A stretch of DNA of 42,997 nt from a virus, in IMG/VR virus record IMGVR_UViG_3300045988_028876, positions 1 through 42,997 of that record; one strand, 5' to 3'. Below, in pieces: positions 39,105-42,997 of the stretch; position 1 is the stretch's first letter, and the number at the start of each line of letters is the position of its first letter. The notes under the pieces are model-generated. The model did not search any database. It saw nothing but the letters and a program-made list of their open reading frames with translations, and was not told the DNA's origin. The position numbers were made by a program, and so were the translations under genes.

Positions 39105-39285
39105 AGCGGGGGCGCTCATAAATAAGATCGGTGGAGCACGGCGGTCCTGCCCCGCCCGCGCCCTATTGGCAGTGCTCCATATAGCCCTCATCGGGCTATG
39201 CTGTGGGTTGTTCCCGGCTTTGCCCACTGGCCGGACAATTTGATACCCCCTGTGTCCCTCCTGTGGGTTCAGGGGGGTGTCTACA
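39105..39285. other. GC-rich ORF-free segment with at least four stem-loops
   Basis: GGAGCAC..GTGCTCC enclosing GGCGG..CCGCC. Also ATAGCCC-tcatc-GGGCTAT, CCGGC..GCCGG and CCCCCTG..CAGGGGG. Confidence 0.4.
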
Positions 39286-39585
39286 TCACGCCAAGCAAGC
39301 ATAACAAAAGTCCAAAATAACAGCGCCTTTGTTTGTTATCGTCATTTTGTTTGTGCTTTTATCCCACTCACACTGCAAATACCCCGAACGTGCCTCTTTA
39401 CCTGGAGTGCAAAACGTCATATATTGGTTGTCTGTGCTTCTAGGTGAGGCATATATAAGAATCAAATTTGTTCCGCTGGGGACGCTCATAATCATAGAAT
39501 TAGATGCAGTTATGTTCCCATAACTATTTCCGTTCTCTGTGAACCCCGCTCCAGAGCTTCCCCCTACCATCGACTGAAAAATCAC
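39286..39585 (-). CDS. AT-rich moron, hypothetical beta-type protein (99 aa)
   Basis: GTG start 6 nt after GGTGA. Visibly lower GC than the flanks. Confidence 0.5.
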   Translation of the reverse strand: MIFQSMVGGSSGAGFTENGNSYGNITASNSMIMSVPSGTNLILIYASPRSTDNQYMTFCTPGKEARSGYLQCEWDKSTNKMTITNKGAVILDFCYACLA

Positions 39586-39632
39586 GTTCCGTCACCGCCT
39601 TTCGGCGTTTTGACGGTCAGGAGATCAGAACG

Positions 39633-39641
39633 CCCCCCCCC
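39633..39641. repeat. C9/G9 homopolymer tract in the intergenic region upstream of 39286..39585
   Basis: Nine consecutive C on the plus strand. Confidence 0.9.
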
Positions 39642-39662
39642 ATTGCCAGAAAATGGTATTGT

Positions 39663-39881
39663 TCATTTTGACGACCTCTTTCCTTCATGTTCGTTCCACC
39701 GCTTGGCACACTCAGCGGCTGCCTTTTCGTCTGCCATCTTGGAAGCATGTGTCCAATTTCTCACCGGGATAGTGTCGGATTTTCTCCCGCAGACCGGACA
39801 TTGCAGGTAAACTTTCCTTTCATTCTCCACATAGAGTGCCATCGGCGTTTCCCCACAGCACCTGTTGAACACAATGTCCAT
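39663..39881 (-). CDS. Lar-family-like zinc-ribbon (restriction alleviation-like) protein (72 aa)
   Basis: GAGGTGA SD. NRCCGETP...LQCPVCGRKS...AAAECAKRWNE matches the CxxCG..CxxCG..A..WN pattern. Confidence 0.5.
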   Translation of the reverse strand: MDIVFNRCCGETPMALYVENERKVYLQCPVCGRKSDTIPVRNWTHASKMADEKAAAECAKRWNEHEGKRSSK

Positions 39882-40074
39882 GTTGATCACCTCTTGTTGG
39901 TCCCGCCGCCGCCCTCATGCGGACGGGAGCGGGGTATAAAGCACCACCACATGGATGATGCCTTGTCCGGCATACACCGGACTTCTCTGGAGCCGAGAGG
40001 CGGTAATGAGCCGCCACGACCTCGCCGCCGTTCCCATGGCTGCGGTCCGGTCTTCTGCTCAAGCACTCGGCGTA

Positions 40075-40257
40075 TCAAAACTCGCTTTTTGCTATCTTGT
40101 CCCGTTTCTTCATGAGCTTTTGGGATTCTTTTGCTGCACTTCTGTTTGCTTTGCACTGATTGCAGTTGTTCTTGTTTTTACAAAACCAGCACCCGTCCTG
40201 CCCCCACCAGTACCAGTCAGGCATAGAAGGTCTTGGCTTGCGCTTCGCCTTTCCCAT
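40075..40257 (-). CDS. small basic Cys-rich protein (60 aa)
   Basis: GGGGG SD. Sequence MGKAKRKPRPSMPDWYWWGQDGCWFCKNKNNCNQCK... Confidence 0.5.
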   Translation of the reverse strand: MGKAKRKPRPSMPDWYWWGQDGCWFCKNKNNCNQCKANRSAAKESQKLMKKRDKIAKSEF

Positions 40258-40272
40258 GTTGCCCCCAGTCAC

Positions 40273-40732
40273 ACAATTTCGGCAGAGGACGTTAAACTAG
40301 GATAATCCGTCTGCCTATAATGCCTAGTATCACATTTGCGCTCATCAGCTTAAGATTGTCACACCATATTGGCATACCCGTATACAGGCACACATGGCAG
40401 TTTTCAGCGGGTAAGCGCTTTGCGGTCCAGCCACCTAGGATGCAGCGTCGCAATGCCGCCGGGCCGGGACCACCGGGGCAGGTCATAGCTGCCACCGCTT
40501 CCGCCTCCATGACAGGCGGGTGCCATTTCCTTCTCCGGACCCGTTAGGCACTCTTGGGTTGCCCGGTATAGTGTCTTTCCACAGTCATTTGCCGCATGGA
40601 GGGTGCGACCCTCCGGCCCTGATAAGTGGGCTGGTTCGACTGTGCGGCATATAGTGCCCAACCGATTTTCACGGGGCCGCCGGAGCGGAGCCGCTTTTGC
40701 GGGCTGCGGCTTATGTAAAGGAGGCGAGGAAT
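40273..40732. ncRNA. candidate large structured non-coding RNA region (strand unresolved)
   Basis: About 460 nt with no credible ORF in any frame. Many GC helices, for example GGAGGGT-gcg-ACCCTCC at 40599..40615, GGCAG..CTGCC and CCGC-aaaa-GCGG. A consensus TATAAT sits at 40316..40321 on the plus strand. Confidence 0.35.
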
Positions 40733-40772
40733 GAGAGAAAGGGTGTAGAGGCTTGGATGGACCTCTACACCC
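40733..40772 (-). terminator. intrinsic terminator after the XRE gene (11-bp perfect stem)
   Basis: GGGTGTAGAGG-N10-CCTCTACACCC followed by TTTCTCTC on the minus strand. Confidence 0.65.
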
Positions 40773-40843
40773 TATATTGTCGCATGGCATATCTTTTTCG
40801 CCCACCCAAATGGGTGAAGTCTATATGTTTCGGCAGGATACGA

Positions 40844-41071
40844 TTAAGGTTTATTCTCTCTTTCTCCGTCGTCCCAGCAGAAATCGTCCAAGCCGATGTG
40901 ATAGTGGTTTGCGATCTTCTTCAGTTCAGTTAATCTAGGTTCTCTTTCGCCCCGTTCGTACCGTCTCAGAGTGTTTGACCCAAGCCCCATAAGCTCTGAT
41001 TTGATTTGCATGCTAATGACTGGCCTTTCTCTCTCTCGGAGCCTCCGCAGGCGCTTTGCGAACTCACTCAA
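40844..41071 (-). CDS. XRE-family HTH protein (75 aa)
   Basis: TTG start 7 nt after GAGGAGGG. Sequence FAKRLRRLRERERPVISMQIKSELMGLGSNTLRRYERGEREP. Confidence 0.7.
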   Translation of the reverse strand: MSEFAKRLRRLRERERPVISMQIKSELMGLGSNTLRRYERGEREPRLTELKKIANHYHIGLDDFCWDDGERENKP

Positions 41072-41074
41072 GGG

Positions 41075-41248
41075 CTATCCCTCCTCATGCTGTCCACCCT
41101 CTTCGTCCACCAGATCAAGAACATACGTCTCCAAAGCAGATTCAACCTTAAAGCTTCTGGAAAACAAACGTTTCTTTTTCTTCTGGCGGAAAACTGTGAT
41201 TGATATGCCGACGGTATCATCAGGGACACGCAGTTTGTACTCTTTCAC
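41075..41248 (-). CDS. small protein (57 aa)
   Basis: GTG start in a GTGA overlap with the upstream stop, with GGGGGG 6 nt upstream. Confidence 0.4.
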   Translation of the reverse strand: MKEYKLRVPDDTVGISITVFRQKKKKRLFSRSFKVESALETYVLDLVDEEGGQHEEG

Positions 41249-41553
41249 TGTTTGCCCCCCATCTCCATAAACTTCCGGCACATGGCCGCAACCTGGATGG
41301 CCTCGCAGGCAAGGTTTTTGGCGTACGCCATCATCACGAAAACATAATCTCGTGGGTCACCATTACCGCAGATTGCATCCCATGTACGCTTCTGTTCCTC
41401 ATAGATGGCGGTCAGCTCATATCCGCACTCCTCAATCTCCTCCTGGATCACCGCCCACCCCTCATGTGCCGAGTGGAACTGTGGGAACCGCTCATTGGCT
41501 GCGGCAAGCTCCTTGTCTACCAGGACGCGGACATCTTGTTCAACGGCGTTCAT
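41245..41553 (-). CDS. hypothetical helical protein, possibly MazG-like all-alpha NTP-PPase (102 aa)
   Basis: FPQFHSAHEGWAVIQEEIEE resembles the HEG..V..EE..E motif. The assignment is tentative. Confidence 0.45.
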   Translation of the reverse strand: MNAVEQDVRVLVDKELAAANERFPQFHSAHEGWAVIQEEIEECGYELTAIYEEQKRTWDAICGNGDPRDYVFVMMAYAKNLACEAIQVAAMCRKFMEMGGKQ

Positions 41554-41831
41554 TCCTTCACCTTCTCTCTCAGCCTATTCAGATAAAACAGCGCTTTGTC
41601 CAGGTCCTGCGCTTGATTTCCCTTAAGAGGTGACCTCCAAATATACTTGACCGCCTGCCATGCCAGACCGGCCTGCACTGTGTCCTGGTATCCCATTACC
41701 ATGCTCTCTAGCGCGTCTATACACTCGACAGACCCGGCGGTGTAGTGGGGTGGATCGTTGACCATATCGGGCTGATTGCCCCAAACGCTGACCAAATATT
41801 CGTCTGGCACTGCAAAATTTTCTTCGCTCAT
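41550..41831 (-). CDS. DUF3310-family protein
   Basis: NDPPHYTAGSVECIDALE...WQAVKYIWRSPLKGNQAQDLDKALFYLNRL. Confidence 0.78.
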   Translation of the reverse strand: MSEENFAVPDEYLVSVWGNQPDMVNDPPHYTAGSVECIDALESMVMGYQDTVQAGLAWQAVKYIWRSPLKGNQAQDLDKALFYLNRLREKVKE

Positions 41832-42181
41832 CGAGCACCTCCGATGATCTCGTCAAGGGTGTAGGACTGTCCGGGCTTAATGCTGGGGAACAAGTCCTCG
41901 TTGATATACAGGTGGTCAAACACCAGGGTAGATCGCTCCCCGAGGTTGGGTGTCCGCCTGATAGCCCCATCCCGCCCAAACACACGCTTAATGGTCTTGG
42001 CATCCTCCACCTCCCGCTGGGTGAAGCGGGGCTTGTCTGTAAGGTCCCAGTCACAAGGATTCGATGTCATCCTGCAAAGTTTGTTTTTGGCGCTAAATGG
42101 ACACTCAGAAACGCAAGTCCCGTATTTAGAACAACATTCCTTGACCTCTTCCAGCGTCCAGTCCTTCAACGGCTTGTCCAT
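41828..42181 (-). CDS. hypothetical Cys-rich protein (117 aa)
   Basis: Co-oriented ORF with an ATGA-type overlap. Confidence 0.6.
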   Translation of the reverse strand: MDKPLKDWTLEEVKECCSKYGTCVSECPFSAKNKLCRMTSNPCDWDLTDKPRFTQREVEDAKTIKRVFGRDGAIRRTPNLGERSTLVFDHLYINEDLFPSIKPGQSYTLDEIIGGAR

Positions 42182-42194
42182 GTTGGCCTCCTTC

Positions 42195-42701
42195 TTATTC
42201 TACACACCGAAGTTTATTCCACATCTCAACAGACGCACCAGACAGACCGCAACAGGTGCAGTAGACTTCTTCCGATAGAGTATATTGCAGTGAATCTGCT
42301 GTCTCTTTTCGCTTTACAGTTACATCAACACATGGAATAGATCCACAATTTGGACAATCCTGCACTTCGTATGTCCCCATAACAGGGGCGCTTACTTTAT
42401 TCATTTTCATTTCATTAACCTCCATATTTCCGTTTTGATAGTCATCCTCCACCGCCTCATAACCCATCAGGCGGGCGGCTTCATGGGGGTGAGCCTCGCA
42501 CCAGGCCAGGCAGTCCAATGGAGCTTTTTTATTTAGCGGGCAGACACCGCACGTTTCATACCTATAGCAAAAATCATCCTGCGCTTCCTCGATGCTCATC
42601 TCAACCGTCTTTCTAAGCTTCATGTTTTTCCTCTTTTCTTCCTCCCAATCCACGGCAGTAACCATCCAAAGGTCAGCGCACCGGCGATATAGCCAAGCCA
42701 T
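42195..42701 (-). CDS. Cys-rich protein with a Lar-like C-terminal zinc ribbon (168 aa; an alternative start at 42623 gives 142 aa)
   Basis: C-terminal DCPNCGS...YCTCCGLSGASVEMWNK. N-terminal CGVCPL..CLAWCEAHPHEAARLMG. Confidence 0.6.
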   Translation of the reverse strand: MAWLYRRCADLWMVTAVDWEEEKRKNMKLRKTVEMSIEEAQDDFCYRYETCGVCPLNKKAPLDCLAWCEAHPHEAARLMGYEAVEDDYQNGNMEVNEMKMNKVSAPVMGTYEVQDCPNCGSIPCVDVTVKRKETADSLQYTLSEEVYCTCCGLSGASVEMWNKLRCVE

Positions 42702-42704
42702 AGT

Positions 42705-42997
42705 TCACTGCTCATGGTCGGCCTCCTCAAAATGGATTCTCCCGCAGTTGTCATACTTCATCTGCTTGTGCTGTACGCCTCTCAAGATGATGTACGCCCG
42801 CCTAAGCTGGCCGATGTCGAAGTAGCCGAAATGGCAGTCCTCAACTGGTATCTCCATCTCGTGGGCCAGCCAGCAGTAAAGGTCGTGCCGCTTCTTTCCG
42901 GCTTTTGGTTTCCCTTTCCAAAAGCTATCAAAGATAGCATGGCACATCTTTTTCCCTGTCCGCATCGGCTCGTCAGCCAACAGACCCAGGGCTTCCC
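42705..42997 (-). CDS. DUF3268-type zinc-ribbon protein, C-terminal part (continues from 187..1)
   Basis: ...ALGLLADEPMRTGKKMCHAIFDSFWKGK...EDCHFGYFDIGQLRRAY. There is no in-frame stop between the contig end and 42705. Confidence 0.7.
   Translation of the reverse strand, partial: EALGLLADEPMRTGKKMCHAIFDSFWKGKPKAGKKRHDLYCWLAHEMEIPVEDCHFGYFDIGQLRRAYIILRGVQHKQMKYDNCGRIHFEEADHEQ
42965..42997. repeat. 33-bp direct terminal repeat, copy 2
   Basis: Identical to 1..33. Confidence 0.95.

Noticed and set aside
37405-39285. cos site or HNH-cos arrangement near terS
   Set aside because: The TerL looks PBSX-type (headful). No HNH gene is adjacent to terS, and no obvious cohesive-end palindrome was identified. 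The packaging start cannot be determined from the sequence alone.
40628-40645. GGGCTGGTTCGACTGTG, reminiscent of a tmRNA 5' end or a tRNA T-loop
   Set aside because: No complementary acceptor strand, CCA end or second T-arm is found nearby on either strand. This is probably a chance match.
40404-40805. 133-aa minus-strand ORF in the structured region
   Set aside because: It is R/P/G-rich. It would have to encode through an 11-bp perfect terminator hairpin plus U-tract. It has no SD and many rare-looking codons. I treat the region as non-coding.

Overview
The window is a complete temperate, siphovirus-like phage genome. The first 33 nt (1..33) are identical to the last 33 nt (42965..42997), and one gene reads continuously across that junction. 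The unique length is therefore 42,964 bp, and the molecule is circular or terminally redundant as assembled. GC of roughly 55-60% (estimated from hand counts of a few 60-nt stretches plus visual impression), GGAGG-type ribosome binding sites and TGnTAxxxT extended -10 promoters suggest a Gram-positive host, probably Clostridia. The host assignment is inference only.

Nearly all lytic genes lie on the minus strand and form one long leftward series.
- The switch is at about 12.05 kb.
- Next come small regulators and an Xis-like HTH protein (12.0-10.4 kb).
- Recombination follows: Gp157, a Rad52/Sak-like annealing protein, a Ref-like nuclease and SSB (10.0-7.8 kb).
- Replication follows: an initiator-like protein, a DnaB-like helicase and an Hjc-like resolvase (7.8-5.4 kb).
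- Then come a DNA methyltransferase, a PAPS-reductase-like gene with an adjacent HNH cassette, and many small Cys-rich proteins. This series crosses the junction to 39.3 kb.
- Packaging, head, tail and lysis genes occupy 37.9-19.1 kb.
- An eight-gene cargo operon of unknown function lies at 18.7-15.4 kb and ends at attP.

The plus strand carries the lysogeny-oriented genes. These are the repressor, a lipoprotein, the integrase, and several AT-rich cassettes that have their own promoters.

The items I consider most worth follow-up are:
- the post-lysis cargo operon (15414..18691);
- a roughly 470-570 nt ORF-free structured region (40273..40843);
- an insulated plus-strand island with an acr-aca-like layout (37890..39104);
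- two promoter-plus-terminator small-RNA candidates in the switch region;
- a -1 frameshift that fuses an Ig-like domain to the major capsid protein;
- an HNH cassette bounded by 10-bp direct repeats;
- a DUF2829 (Tad2-family) gene;
- a tape-measure gene that appears to start at ATT.

All family assignments come from motif recognition by eye. No database search was run.
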